From NCBI GenBank assembly GCA_019057385.1, contig JAHQJS010000008.1, forward strand, positions 128,001-192,000: a stretch of 64,000 bases of DNA, in the 5' to 3' direction. The position numbers and the translations under genes are program-made. This DNA is from Candidatus Borrarchaeum weybense. Lineage in GTDB: Archaea; Asgardarchaeota; Sifarchaeia; Borrarchaeales; Borrarchaeaceae. How positions within the stretch are numbered: position 1 is the first letter of the stretch; the number at the start of each line of letters is the position of its first letter. Below are positions 51,983-62,360 of the stretch, piece by piece. The notes beneath the pieces are model-generated. The model was given only the letters and a program-made list of their open reading frames with translations. It ran no database searches and was not told the DNA's origin.

Positions 51983-52657
51983 ATGTCTACCAAAGTTCAA
52001 AGTGACAAAGAAAAGCATGACAAAGAGATTGAAGAAGTAGAAAACGACAATCGCACCTTACTTGAAATCTCACCGAAATTTCGACTGTGGTTAGAACTAG
52101 ATGATGAATCACTTAGTGAGGAAGATAAAGCGTTACTTGGAAAAGGTGGCGCTTTACTTTTGCAAAAAATTTCAGAAACAGGTAGCATTAGCGAAGCTAT
52201 CCGTGATGTCCCCTCTAAACATGGTGCACATAAAAAAACAGGTCTATCCTATCGATATGCTTGGGGTCTTCTAAAGAAGATAAGTACTCGTCTTAAGAAA
52301 CCAATTATTCAAAAATTTCGAGGTGGGCGAAAGGGTGGAGGCTCTGAACTGACTTCAACTGGCGAAGAATTATTACGCTACTACATACGCTTAGAAAATC
52401 TCATTCAGGCAACTTTAGCCGATAAGGAATTGTGGGAGGCGATAAGCCTTAAATTAATCGATAAAAATCGCTTAGAAGGTGAAGTTGTTAGTGTTATGAG
52501 AGATCCTATTGCTGCAAAGGTAAAAATCGAATTAAAAGTTCCCACCGTAATACATTCGTTAATTACTACTGAAGCGGTAGATGATTTAAACCTAAAGGAA
52601 GGAGATACAGTCAAAGCGATAATTAAAGCTCCCCATCTTTACCTTAATGTCGCATAG
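51983..52657 (+). CDS. ModE-like regulator (wHTH + TOBE)
   Basis: GSISEA...SYRYAW, RGGRKGGGSELT, C-terminal Mop/TOBE. Confidence 0.88.
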   Translation: MSTKVQSDKEKHDKEIEEVENDNRTLLEISPKFRLWLELDDESLSEEDKALLGKGGALLLQKISETGSISEAIRDVPSKHGAHKKTGLSYRYAWGLLKKISTRLKKPIIQKFRGGRKGGGSELTSTGEELLRYYIRLENLIQATLADKELWEAISLKLIDKNRLEGEVVSVMRDPIAAKVKIELKVPTVIHSLITTEAVDDLNLKEGDTVKAIIKAPHLYLNVA

Positions 52658-52726
52658 TCGAATTTAATTCCTGAAAAGGAGTTATTCAAATAATTAAATA
52701 GAATACAAACCTTGAGAGGTTGTAGT

Positions 52727-52939
52727 TTGAAAATAAGCGCTAGGAATCAAATTGTGGGTAAAGTCATCAGTATTGAGAAAAAGCAAGTAGCTGCTTCGGT
52801 CAAGATTGAAGTGACCGAACCCGTAACTTTGACTACAGTTATTACTGTTGAAGCAGTCGATGAGTTGAATATAAAACCAGGTGATACTATCGAGGTGGTC
52901 GTGAAAGCCACCGAGGTAATGGTAGCCAAGGAATTGTAA
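52727..52939 (+). CDS. Molbindin (Mop/TOBE) protein
   Basis: SARNQIVG...IT.EAVDEL...VKATEV. Confidence 0.92.
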   Translation: MKISARNQIVGKVISIEKKQVAASVKIEVTEPVTLTTVITVEAVDELNIKPGDTIEVVVKATEVMVAKEL

Positions 52940-52957
52940 CTTTAACTTCTCATTAGT

Positions 52958-53788
52958 TTAACTTCTTATTACAGTTCCTACATTTTCCCCGTTAAGAATT
53001 CTGGTGAGAAATCCTTTTTTATGTCCGTTAACAATTTTTATTTCTTTTAAATGCTTAGAGTAAAGAAGTAACTCCACTGCTCTTCTTTCAAGAACCATAT
53101 CCTCCATATCTCTTTCAAGAAGTTCTTCTGCAGTAATTTCACGAATAAGATCAGCATTTGGGTTCACGAATGGGTTTTCAGTATATAGTCCATCCACGTT
53201 TTTCACCATGATACAATTCTTTGCTCCAAGCACCTCAGCAATGAGAACGGCGCCCGTATCAGTTCTATTTGGAGGAATAGATCCTACTTTTGGCGGTTGT
53301 TCATATAGTCCATAGGTCGGAGTGCCATGAATCACTGGCAAGAGTCCAATGGCGAGTAAACTGGATATCTGCAGTAGATCGGCAGTATGTATCCTCACGC
53401 CATCGTATTTCGAGAGGAGAATAGACATCATGATGGCGTTTTGTTCACTAATCTTACCAGCCAATTCTGCTAGTACTCCAGTAGGCATGCCCAACTCGAT
53501 TCCAATATCCATAATATGCCTTACCCTTACGCCACCGCCCGTTACCACCAAAAGTTTGTTCCTCTCGGAAAGTTTTCCAATCTCCTCAACTAAAGGCAGG
53601 ACCACTTCTCTGCCATAATCAATGATTCCATGACCTCCTATCTTTATAATATTCAAGTCTGGGACAATTTTGACTTGAGGGACAACATCAATTTTCTCGA
53701 ACAATCCCTTCCGAACTAGTGATTCTCCCTTTAAACCCGATTCAAGTTCACGGCGCTTTGTCATTTTGATCAACTCAAGATGAGACAT
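52958..53788 (-). CDS. Molybdenum storage protein-like (amino-acid-kinase fold)
   Basis: S.LKGESLV, IKIGG, GGGVRVRH, GMPTGVLA, SEQNA, IPPNRTDTG. Confidence 0.82.
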   Translation of the reverse strand: MSHLELIKMTKRRELESGLKGESLVRKGLFEKIDVVPQVKIVPDLNIIKIGGHGIIDYGREVVLPLVEEIGKLSERNKLLVVTGGGVRVRHIMDIGIELGMPTGVLAELAGKISEQNAIMMSILLSKYDGVRIHTADLLQISSLLAIGLLPVIHGTPTYGLYEQPPKVGSIPPNRTDTGAVLIAEVLGAKNCIMVKNVDGLYTENPFVNPNADLIREITAEELLERDMEDMVLERRAVELLLYSKHLKEIKIVNGHKKGFLTRILNGENVGTVIRS

Positions 53789-53821
53789 TATTTTATAACT
53801 TATACGGTTAAGTCTTCGCTT

Positions 53822-53948
53822 TTTATATCAGGCAATATAACACTTGATATAATTGTTGTTATATCGATCTAAAAATGACTTGATGCTAACGATAACTTTA
53901 TATGTTTGGCACTCAGATTATATCATGTGATATATCAATTGATATAAC
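53822..53948. promoter_or_regulatory. Repeated GATATA-N8-TATA(T/A)C palindromes
   Basis: Copies at ~53822, 53846, 53917 and 53929 in the divergent promoter region. Confidence 0.5.
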
Positions 53949-53968
53949 AATTGAATGAGGTGAATCAT

Positions 53969-54193
53969 ATGAAAATCTACGTTCGTGAAAGAATGAAAGT
54001 AAAGACTGGAGTAAAAGCACCAAGATTTCGAGTTCTTGCTGTCACAAATGGCTCAGGAACAGACGCCCAACTGAGTTTTCCCACAAGAATGCACCTTAGG
54101 AAAGTAGAACTTGAACAAATTGCTAAGGATGTCGGTGCTGAAATTGTATATCTCCAGCCGATAGCTGAGGCAGAACGAGGAAAAATGAAGTGA
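53969..54193 (+). CDS. Small hypothetical protein in the Mo/W island
   Basis: 74 aa, GAGGTGA RBS. Confidence 0.7.
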   Translation: MKIYVRERMKVKTGVKAPRFRVLAVTNGSGTDAQLSFPTRMHLRKVELEQIAKDVGAEIVYLQPIAEAERGKMK

Positions 54194-54203
54194 AGGAAAA
54201 CAC

Positions 54204-54596
54204 ATGACGGCACTCACTGACGATGAGATCTTTGATGCGGCAATACAGATTATGCTTTTCATTGATCGTTCTATTACCATCCACTTTAGTAAAAATACTA
54301 TTCAAGTAAGGTTTCCCACAACGCGAAAGTTGGCGGAGCATTTACAAATCCCACATTACTATGTACTTCCTTATTTCGCCACGATGGAGAAGGACAACCT
54401 GATTATAAGAGTGGAGCGGGTAGGCATCTCTACAACTCAAGCAGGCAGTAAAAAACTGATCGAGTTAATGGCCACCAAATATAAAGAAAAGACTGAATCC
54501 GTTATCGGAACTGCGCTTTTTGAAGAGATTCAAAACCGTGTAATGATTGAAGATCGAACACGAGACCTAACTCTTCCTGAATCAAATAGCGAATAA
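54204..54596 (+). CDS. GntR-like winged-helix protein
   Basis: FPTTRKLAEHL...MEKDNLIIRVERVGI. Confidence 0.7.
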   Translation: MTALTDDEIFDAAIQIMLFIDRSITIHFSKNTIQVRFPTTRKLAEHLQIPHYYVLPYFATMEKDNLIIRVERVGISTTQAGSKKLIELMATKYKEKTESVIGTALFEEIQNRVMIEDRTRDLTLPESNSE

Positions 54597-54671
54597 GGCT
54601 CAGAAGATGAGTATAAACACAAAGCAAAATCCCTTTGGCTCAAGAGCGAGCGTTAGTAAATCAAAAAAATG

Positions 54672-54815
54672 TTATTGAGACTTTAAGCGTTTAATAATTG
54701 GTGGCCTTCCTTTATACAGAATTCGCTGACCACAGTGTGGGCATTTTACGCCAGGCAATGCTTCTGTAAGGTTAATATCAACCTCTTGCTTGCACTTGTA
54801 GCAAGTGTACACCAT
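54672..54815 (-). CDS. rpoP: DNA-directed RNA polymerase subunit P (Rpo12); missing from the ORF track
   Basis: MVYTCYKCKQEVDINLTEALPGVKCPHCGQRILYKGRPPIIKRLKSQ (47 aa), GGTGA RBS. Confidence 0.9.
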   Translation of the reverse strand: MVYTCYKCKQEVDINLTEALPGVKCPHCGQRILYKGRPPIIKRLKSQ

Positions 54816-55000
54816 GTAAGTTCACCATCACTTTTTCTTTCCTAACTCGTTATAAAGATTTCCTTAGATTCAAGTTTACCAAAATACTGTTTATCCCTTT
54901 AGATATGCAATCGAATTTCTTACTTGTATCCGATACGTTATTTAAGAAGTTATCAATTTTATATCATGAGATTCCTTAAACGCAATCTAGAGGCAATTAT

Positions 55001-55600
55001 ATGACCATACACGGATTTTTTGTAGTTGAAAGGGTGAGAGAAGCGTGTATCTATTATTATCGAGAGCCAGACAGCAACCTGAAACTTGATCACTCAACTA
55101 TTGGGCCATTTGCTAGTATTATTGCAAATATTAGTGAAACATTCAGAGCAGACGGTAAAGAAAAACTGCAATTTTTTATCACATCAAATTATAAACTGTC
55201 ATTCGATGTGGATCAAAACTTAATCTGTATTATTGTTGCTTCAGCAGATTACGATGATCTAGAGTTGATCTATTTAATAACACAAATGAGCAATGATATA
55301 AGAGCGTTTTGTTCTCAATATAACGATTTGTCGCAATTTCCAATTAAAAATTATATCTGGCAAGGGCATGTAAGGCATAGCAGTCCTGATAGGGCTTCAA
55401 AAACCATTTTAATGCGACTAGGTGATATTTTACAGGAACTTGATTTCTTGGTCAAAGATGTAGATCTATTGAAGACTTCCTCGAATTATGATAGTTCGAA
55501 TTTGCCAGTAATTTCAGCGATGGAAACATCACTTGAACAGAAGATCTCGCAAGTTCGAGAAAAATTAAAAGAATTGCCCTACGTAGGCGGCGAGTTCTAA
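55001..55600 (+). CDS. Longin-like domain protein with helical C-terminus
   Basis: IHGFFVV...CIYY, IGPFASII, YKLSF...LICIIVA pattern typical of longin/AP-sigma folds. Confidence 0.55.
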   Translation: MTIHGFFVVERVREACIYYYREPDSNLKLDHSTIGPFASIIANISETFRADGKEKLQFFITSNYKLSFDVDQNLICIIVASADYDDLELIYLITQMSNDIRAFCSQYNDLSQFPIKNYIWQGHVRHSSPDRASKTILMRLGDILQELDFLVKDVDLLKTSSNYDSSNLPVISAMETSLEQKISQVREKLKELPYVGGEF

Positions 55601-55648
55601 ATTGATAACCTGCCTCCAGGTAGGGTTATGAGTATTGCTTTACTTATC

Positions 55649-56194
55649 TTATACGGTGTTTTCTACATCTACTTCTAGGACAAACTTAGTTTCAGTATGG
55701 CTGATAGCTTGTTCCTCTGTCAATGCGAGTGCGGTCAGTCTTCCAATTTCAGTAAATCTTACTGGAATACCTTTGTTGTCTCTATTTCCTGCACTAATCA
55801 ATCCAGCATTCCTTAGAGCTACGAGATTCCAACGAATTGTCGATGGCGCTACGTTCAACTTTTCGGAGAGTATGCCGATCATTGCTGTCAAAGTAAGAGA
55901 TGCACCATTCATGTTGGCAATTTCTCTAAGAATAGTCTTCTGCTTAGGCGTCAGATTGTCAAAAACAGTTGCGACTATTTTTTCTTGGTATTTTGAAAGT
56001 TTTTCCTCTAATATTTTGTTTTTATGTCTTAAGAAGTAGTGGATAGTCAAAATATCCGAAAGAATAGTTTCAATATCTCCAACAAGTTCAGTATCTGACA
56101 CGATATCCAAGAAAAGTGTTTTTAGCGTTTTTATACGATGCCTAAATTCTATTTGTTCAGAAAAAACTAATTTTTCAATGGAGAACCAATTCAC
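55649..56194 (-). CDS. Winged-helix transcriptional regulator
   Basis: LTPKQKTIL...APSTIRWNLVALRNAGLI...FTEIG. Confidence 0.75.
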   Translation of the reverse strand: MNWFSIEKLVFSEQIEFRHRIKTLKTLFLDIVSDTELVGDIETILSDILTIHYFLRHKNKILEEKLSKYQEKIVATVFDNLTPKQKTILREIANMNGASLTLTAMIGILSEKLNVAPSTIRWNLVALRNAGLISAGNRDNKGIPVRFTEIGRLTALALTEEQAISHTETKFVLEVDVENTV

Positions 56195-56659
56195 CCACTT
56201 AAGGCACCCCCAATTAGACCTCTTTTGAGTCTAACGGATTCTTAGTTAAGGGATTTTGAAAACATATGATACGGGGGGTTTTTTAAAGTTTTTGTAAATG
56301 ATTTTTTGTATGCTATATACCTATATGATACTCTATGTTTAAGTCGCAAAAACATTTTGTATAGTTTGCGGAGGATTTCACTACAAAATTAAAAAGCACC
56401 ATTTTTCAAAATAGTAATTAATTTTATCGAAATAGCGAAGGGGAACGCAAAGATGGATCTTCAACTAAGAATGTTACAAATCTTCTTTGCGAAAACCGGG
56501 AAACTCACGTAAAAAATTGCGATATTTGAGAAATATTTAAATATGATCTATGAGAATATTGTAATGTATCTTCAATACCCTACTATATATTCGCGATTTA
56601 GACTCTCATTGAATAAGAAATTCAAATGAGAATTTCGATAAAAACGAGGCTGTGTTCTC

Positions 56660-57619
56660 ATGGTGGAGAGTACTGAATTAACTGAAACTAAATTTACACC
56701 GGGTGTAGCTATTTCTTCTCAAGAATGTATGGAATGCGGTTCAACTGAAATTGTAATGGACTCTATTCGAGGGGAGAGAATTTGTAGTATATGTGGATTA
56801 GTAATTACAGAACATGTGATAGATACTGGTCCTGAATGGAGAGCGTTTACTTCAGATGAACGCAATAAAAGAAGCAGAGTAGGCAGTCCAGTCTCATGCG
56901 TTGTTCCTTCTATGGGACTATCAACTATGATTGGGTGGGAAAATAGAGATATTTATGGCAACAAATTGTCACCAAAAAAACGTGCCCAAATCTATAGATT
57001 GAGAAAATGGCAAATACGAACAAGATCACAAGGTTCTTATGAGCGTAATCTCTCCCACGCTATACGCGAACTAGAAAGACTTTCTAGTCAACTTGGAATT
57101 CACAATGGAGTAAAAGAATCAGCGGCTGTCATCTATCGGCGGGCTATAGAAAAAAAGTTAGTTCGTGGACGTTCAATAGAAGCTATGGTTGCTGCATCTG
57201 TGTATGCAGGTTCACGACTTAGGAAAGTTCCTCGTACCCTGGATGAGATTGCCCAGTGTACACGTGTTAATAAAAAAGAATTAGGTCGTTGCTATCGTTT
57301 AATTCTTCGAGAACTTCATATTTCAATCCCCATAGCCAGTCCAGTTGACTTCATTTCTCGTTTTAGTGAAGAATTAAAAATCTCTGGAAAAACTCAACAA
57401 CGTGCAATAGAAATTCTAAATCAAGCAAAAGAATTTGGAATTACTGCTGGTAAAGATCCAACTGGTCTTGCTGCTGCAGCATTGTATATCTCAAGCATTA
57501 CTGAAGGTGAGAGAAGAACCCAAAGGGAAATTGCAGAAATAGCAAGGATAACTGAAGTTACTGTTCGTAACCGCTACAAGGAAATTGTTAGAGTACTTGG
57601 AATAAAAATAGCTGTCTAG
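56660..57619 (+). CDS. tfb: Transcription initiation factor IIB
   Basis: CMEC...CSIC ribbon, GPEWRAF, RLRKW, GRSIE, GKDP, TEVTVRNRYKE. Confidence 0.97.
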   Translation: MVESTELTETKFTPGVAISSQECMECGSTEIVMDSIRGERICSICGLVITEHVIDTGPEWRAFTSDERNKRSRVGSPVSCVVPSMGLSTMIGWENRDIYGNKLSPKKRAQIYRLRKWQIRTRSQGSYERNLSHAIRELERLSSQLGIHNGVKESAAVIYRRAIEKKLVRGRSIEAMVAASVYAGSRLRKVPRTLDEIAQCTRVNKKELGRCYRLILRELHISIPIASPVDFISRFSEELKISGKTQQRAIEILNQAKEFGITAGKDPTGLAAAALYISSITEGERRTQREIAEIARITEVTVRNRYKEIVRVLGIKIAV

Positions 57620-57656
57620 ATATTATATTAAATGGCATTATCCTTCTTTTTTTTAA

Positions 57657-57957
57657 TTTTATTGGCGGGAAGTCCCCTTGCGCCAGCTGGGGGATGAAAG
57701 CCGCAAGGTTTTTATAGTGTTTTGCACAGAAGAGTTCTGATGAATATCGAGAGGAAAGCAGGGATACAAGACTCTTGATAGGAAGGCAGTATGGTGTGAT
57801 TTTGAAACCTGAGGGTTGCTATCACAGAATGCCAAGTGGACAGGCTATTCTCTTTAGAGGGTAATCTGCGACACACAGCCGAACGTAAAACGAAAGTTTC
57901 CCGCAAGGGTTGGGAGGACTCGCAGGAAGCCCCATCTGAAAGGGTGGGGTAGTTCAC
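57657..57957 (+). mobile_element. 301-bp non-autonomous relative of the 41359-42742 tnpB element with intact omega-RNA
   Basis: TTTAA|ttttattggcgggaagtcccc LE; 57819-57957 aligns to the tnpB 3' end/RE (41359-41504). Confidence 0.9.
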
Positions 57958-59343
57958 TGAACATGTTGATACCATCGTTTATATTCCACTAATGCCCCTA
58001 ATGTTCTAATAGCTCTTTCTGGTAGTGTATGAACTGGAATTTTGTTCCACTCTAAAAATCTTTTATATTTTTCAAATTGCTTAAATGTGCTTCCCAAGCA
58101 GGATATAATAGGTTTTTTACTGCTTTTCATAACTGCAACAAGTGTTTTGATTGTCTGAAACTCGATATTTGGACCACTTGGGATTGTTACGACAAGCACA
58201 GAATCAACTTGTGGGTCGCTTAGAATGAGTTTTGTTACCCATTCATATCTCTCCGTGTCAGCATCCGCTGCTAAATCAACTGGATTTGAAGGGGTACAAT
58301 GTTGAGGTAAACTATGCAATTGTTCAAGCGTTTTACTGCTAAACTCTGCAAGACGTAAATCATTATTTTCAAGAGCATCTGCTGCTAAGACACCATGTCC
58401 ACCACTATTTGTTATTATACCCACATTATTTCCTTTAGGTAATGGTTGAGTTGCAAAGCAATAGCAAATATCAAGGAGTTCTTCTAGATCCTTTGCAGTG
58501 ATTACACCTGTTTGTTTGAACATTGCTTTAAATGATTCTACAGAACCTGCGAGAGACCCAGTATGTGATTTTGAAGCTTTTGCTCCTGCTTCTGTTTTTC
58601 CAACTTTGCAAATAATAACGGGTTTTGCTTTAGTAACCTCTCTTAGTGTCTTGTAAAATCGTCTTCCTTCTTTTACACCCTCAACATACATTCCGATAAC
58701 TTTAGTGGTTGTATCTTGTTTTAAATATCCTAGAAGATCGCTTTCATTTACATCTATGGCATTTCCATAAGAACATGTTTTACTAATTCCTATCCCCCGA
58801 TATGCACACCATTCAAGTAGTGTTACAAGGATTGCTCCAGATTGGGATAACAACGCAATATTTCCTTTTGTTGGATATCCTATTGTCCTTTCACGTGGTA
58901 CAAGAAAACTATTGATTCCAGAATAAGGATCAAATATACCAATACAATTTGGACCAATGATTTGCATTCCATACTTATGAGCAATTTTTGTGATTTCATT
59001 TTCTCTTTCAGTTCCTACTTCATTTCCTGTTTCTCCAAAGCCTCCAGTGACAATTATAATTACTTTAACTCCCTTTTCTCCGCATTCTTGAACAATCTTA
59101 GGAACTTGTTGTGCTGTTAAAGCTATTATTGCAAGATCCACAGATTCAGGAATATCCTTTATTTTGGAATAAACAGGAGTGTTCAAGATTTCATCTGCAT
59201 AAGGATTAATTGGATAAATTGTACCTTTGTATTTTTGGAGAATCATGTTCTCTAGAATTATGTACCCGATTTTTCCTTTATTCCTACTTGCTCCGATTAT
59301 AGCAACATTAAGGGGAGAAAAAAAAACTTCTAATGATATTCAT
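57954..59343 (-). CDS. acdA: ADP-forming acyl-CoA synthetase alpha subunit (frameshift in the first codons)
   Basis: VAIIGAS, YPINP, IGPNCIG, SQSGA, SHTGSLAG, TNSGG, NPVDL; ATG 59343 is one base out of frame. Confidence 0.85.
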
Positions 59344-59429
59344 ATCACCTTAAGTAGTAGATTATTATTTGTTTTAATTGCATGATTCGTTCTGTAATCT
59401 TTTAGATGTTTCAGCCTTAATTTTTTTAT

Positions 59430-59757
59430 CTAATTTCGCAAGAAGACTCCTCAACTTGTGGGGGGGATGAATTGCGGTAGAGTGTCTTACTTTCACGCAG
59501 GTCACCCTAAACTTAAATAGTAGTTACCTATCATCTAAATGTATAGTATGCTGAGGTGTCTGGCTTGGCGTTAAGGGCGTAAACAAGACACAGTACCGAT
59601 GAGGGTACTGTCGGACCTCAAGTGTCCCTTGAGGGACGGGGGCTGCCGTGGACCAGCCCGAAATGTCGATGACTAGGTTTAATGTGACCAACCGTGTTGG
59701 CTAAGCAGAACAGCCTAGGAGGGCAGAAGCTACCTAACTTGTTTGGTGGTAGTTCAC
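59430..59757 (+). mobile_element. Non-autonomous IS200/IS605 mini-element with omega-RNA, TTTAT class
   Basis: TTTAT|ctaatttcgcaagaagac...gggatgaattgcgg; cttaaatag; ends gagggcagaagc...ggtagttcac. Confidence 0.83.
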
Positions 59758-59781
59758 AGGATAATCTGATATCTAATTCCT

Positions 59782-61857
59782 ATGTTCAGATTAACAAAAT
59801 ACAAGAAAATAGCGTTTCTTTTTTTCTTGGTTATGTTGTTTGTAATTCCAATATTTCTAACTTCATATCCAGATAATAACGCCCAAATTATCAAACTAGA
59901 TATAATTAAACCTAAAAAAGTTCATGCAGGCAATCGGTTGAAGATTGAAGGAAGTGTAAAATATCTTGGACCTTTTAGTAGTTCTTTAGATGTCGTTCTT
60001 TTGGTGAATGGAACTCGAGAGCAGACTCGAAGGATTTTTATATCGAGTTATCAAACTATTAATATCTCATTTTTTTGGACGCCCGCAAGAAAAGGAGCGT
60101 ATTTAGTTTCTTTGAGAATATATAATTCGCCCACCTCATTCAAGGAGAGCCCAGTCCTCACTATACAAGTTGATTCCATAGCAGGTCATCAAAAATATAC
60201 CATGGCCTTATATCATTTTAATGTTCAATATGTTCCAGGATCAACTGCTATTGAAAATCGAGTTATAGAAGAATCGTTTTACCCACTCCTCAAAATGTAT
60301 CAGCGTCATAGCACATGGAGATGTAATATTGAACTTAGTGGCTATATGCTCGAACTCTTGCATCAGAGATATCCCCATATATTAGATTTTCTCAAGTTTC
60401 TTGTGAGTGAAGGGAAAATTGAACTTATTGTAAGTCATTATTCAGAGCAGTTTTTAGTGGCATATCCTCGAACTGATATGGCAAAATCAATAGAGATCTC
60501 AGATTCATTGCTTGATTCCTTAGATCTCGTTCGCTCTGGATTATTTTTTGCACAAGAGAGCCAGTGGACACCTGGATATGCTGAACTGCTTAACGCGTAC
60601 GACTATGATACAGTTGTCGTATCAAGTGATCCATTCTATAATTACTTGCATCAAAGAATGAAAATAACATCTCCACTTTACTTCTTAGAAGATAATTCAA
60701 CTCAATCTCTTAGTGCTGATGAAAGGCAAGTAAATGTGCTTCTTTTTACAAAACCTAAACTTATCAATGATATAGAATTTCGTTGGTCTTGGGCTTATGA
60801 TGGAGAATTTGCCAATACTTATGCTTACAATAATGACTTTCGCTATGATTCATCAAGAGCACAAGCACATGAAAACAAATTGGAAAAATATGAGGCAGAA
60901 GGATACTATTTCGCTTTCATAAGCGAGATCGTATCATTGCTAAATGAGATGACTGACCCTGAAAGAATTCCAAAAATTCCAGAAGCAACTTGGGACATGA
61001 AGAAATGTAAAGGTGTTTGGCGATGGATGGGTGACAATATAGCTGATTATGAAGATGATGCCTTTGTAAGAGCATATACTTATCAGGCACGACAAGAGGC
61101 ACTAGTTGCTGAAGTATTGCTTGAAAAAACCCGTGAAAAGGGAATAGATGTTTCAGATGAAGAACAAACGCTTCTCAACATTTGGAAGCAAATCTTACTT
61201 GCAGAGGTATCAGATTCAACTGGATGGTTTCCTTGGGAGATTGAAGTTAAAGAATCAATTAAACTTACAGATTCTGCTCTCATATTATTGGATAATGTAA
61301 TTGCGGAATTGAAAATGAAATTAGGATATCAAGATAGTCTGTTAAAGGTAGATCCTTCTAAGAACACCATTTCAAAGGTTTCATCAATTAGTTCCCCGGA
61401 ACCTACATCTACTCCTAATCTAAACATGAAAATTAAAGGCGGTCCTTATCAAATAAATTATACTAAGGGAGAATTTGGTGTAACAATCAATATCAAGATG
61501 TTTCTTGAAGAGAAAAGTACGGTTGAAATCAGATTTCCTGCCGAGAATAGTATCATGTATTCTCCCAGTCTGGCAGAGAACACATTAATCACTTTAAACC
61601 CGTCAGATATCCATGAAAATCCATATTTGCCACTTTCTAACGGTTTAGTGATAATTAATGGCAGTAAAGCCATTATAAAACATTGTGCCGAACGTCATAT
61701 GGCAATGCAATGGAATCGCGACAAGTATATCGTCTTTAAAGAAAATTCAGTCAGTGGGAATCTTACTTATTCATTCACGTTCGTAGAAGACATATTCTAC
61801 TTCAATTTCATTTATATTGCAAATTCAATCAATGTCTATCCACATTTGATTGTTTAA
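59782..61857 (+). CDS. Membrane-anchored Ig-like + GH57-like glycoside hydrolase
   Basis: N-terminal TM, CARDB-like domain, HFNVQY, GKIELIV, FAQESQW, LAEVSDSTGW. Confidence 0.7.
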   Translation: MFRLTKYKKIAFLFFLVMLFVIPIFLTSYPDNNAQIIKLDIIKPKKVHAGNRLKIEGSVKYLGPFSSSLDVVLLVNGTREQTRRIFISSYQTINISFFWTPARKGAYLVSLRIYNSPTSFKESPVLTIQVDSIAGHQKYTMALYHFNVQYVPGSTAIENRVIEESFYPLLKMYQRHSTWRCNIELSGYMLELLHQRYPHILDFLKFLVSEGKIELIVSHYSEQFLVAYPRTDMAKSIEISDSLLDSLDLVRSGLFFAQESQWTPGYAELLNAYDYDTVVVSSDPFYNYLHQRMKITSPLYFLEDNSTQSLSADERQVNVLLFTKPKLINDIEFRWSWAYDGEFANTYAYNNDFRYDSSRAQAHENKLEKYEAEGYYFAFISEIVSLLNEMTDPERIPKIPEATWDMKKCKGVWRWMGDNIADYEDDAFVRAYTYQARQEALVAEVLLEKTREKGIDVSDEEQTLLNIWKQILLAEVSDSTGWFPWEIEVKESIKLTDSALILLDNVIAELKMKLGYQDSLLKVDPSKNTISKVSSISSPEPTSTPNLNMKIKGGPYQINYTKGEFGVTINIKMFLEEKSTVEIRFPAENSIMYSPSLAENTLITLNPSDIHENPYLPLSNGLVIINGSKAIIKHCAERHMAMQWNRDKYIVFKENSVSGNLTYSFTFVEDIFYFNFIYIANSINVYPHLIV

Positions 61858-62360
61858 TGCATGGTTTCAAAAAATTATGAACAAGGCCTTCTTGTATATT
61901 TTATTTATGCGAAGTATGGGTGGTCAACTGTTGATAGTTTTATGGACAAATCTTGCCAAATGTAGTCAAATATCTCGTTTGAGACAAGTATTTCGTGGTG
62001 AAAGCTGATGAGCTGGGTTCACCTGTTACCCGCTAATAGAAACGCTGTCTTTTTATAGTGGGTTACCCTAGAGTATATCTGCCAGTAACTGACTGGACTC
62101 ACACATCACCACCATCCTCACTTGGGAATGATCGCAGTCATGACCTCTCTAACGCAAAGTTATCCACTCAAACTCCCACAAGATACTACCTTACGCCACC
62201 AACTGGATATATTACGGGATCTGGTTCTACACGCCGCTCAACTGTCCTAGCGGGGACACCATTCACGTCCTTCTTCAGACTGTGAGTGGATAGACCTTGT
62301 TACTACTTGTCTATAGTTGTAAAGAAATGTCTATGATGAAAGGAACGGTGTCTATGGTAC

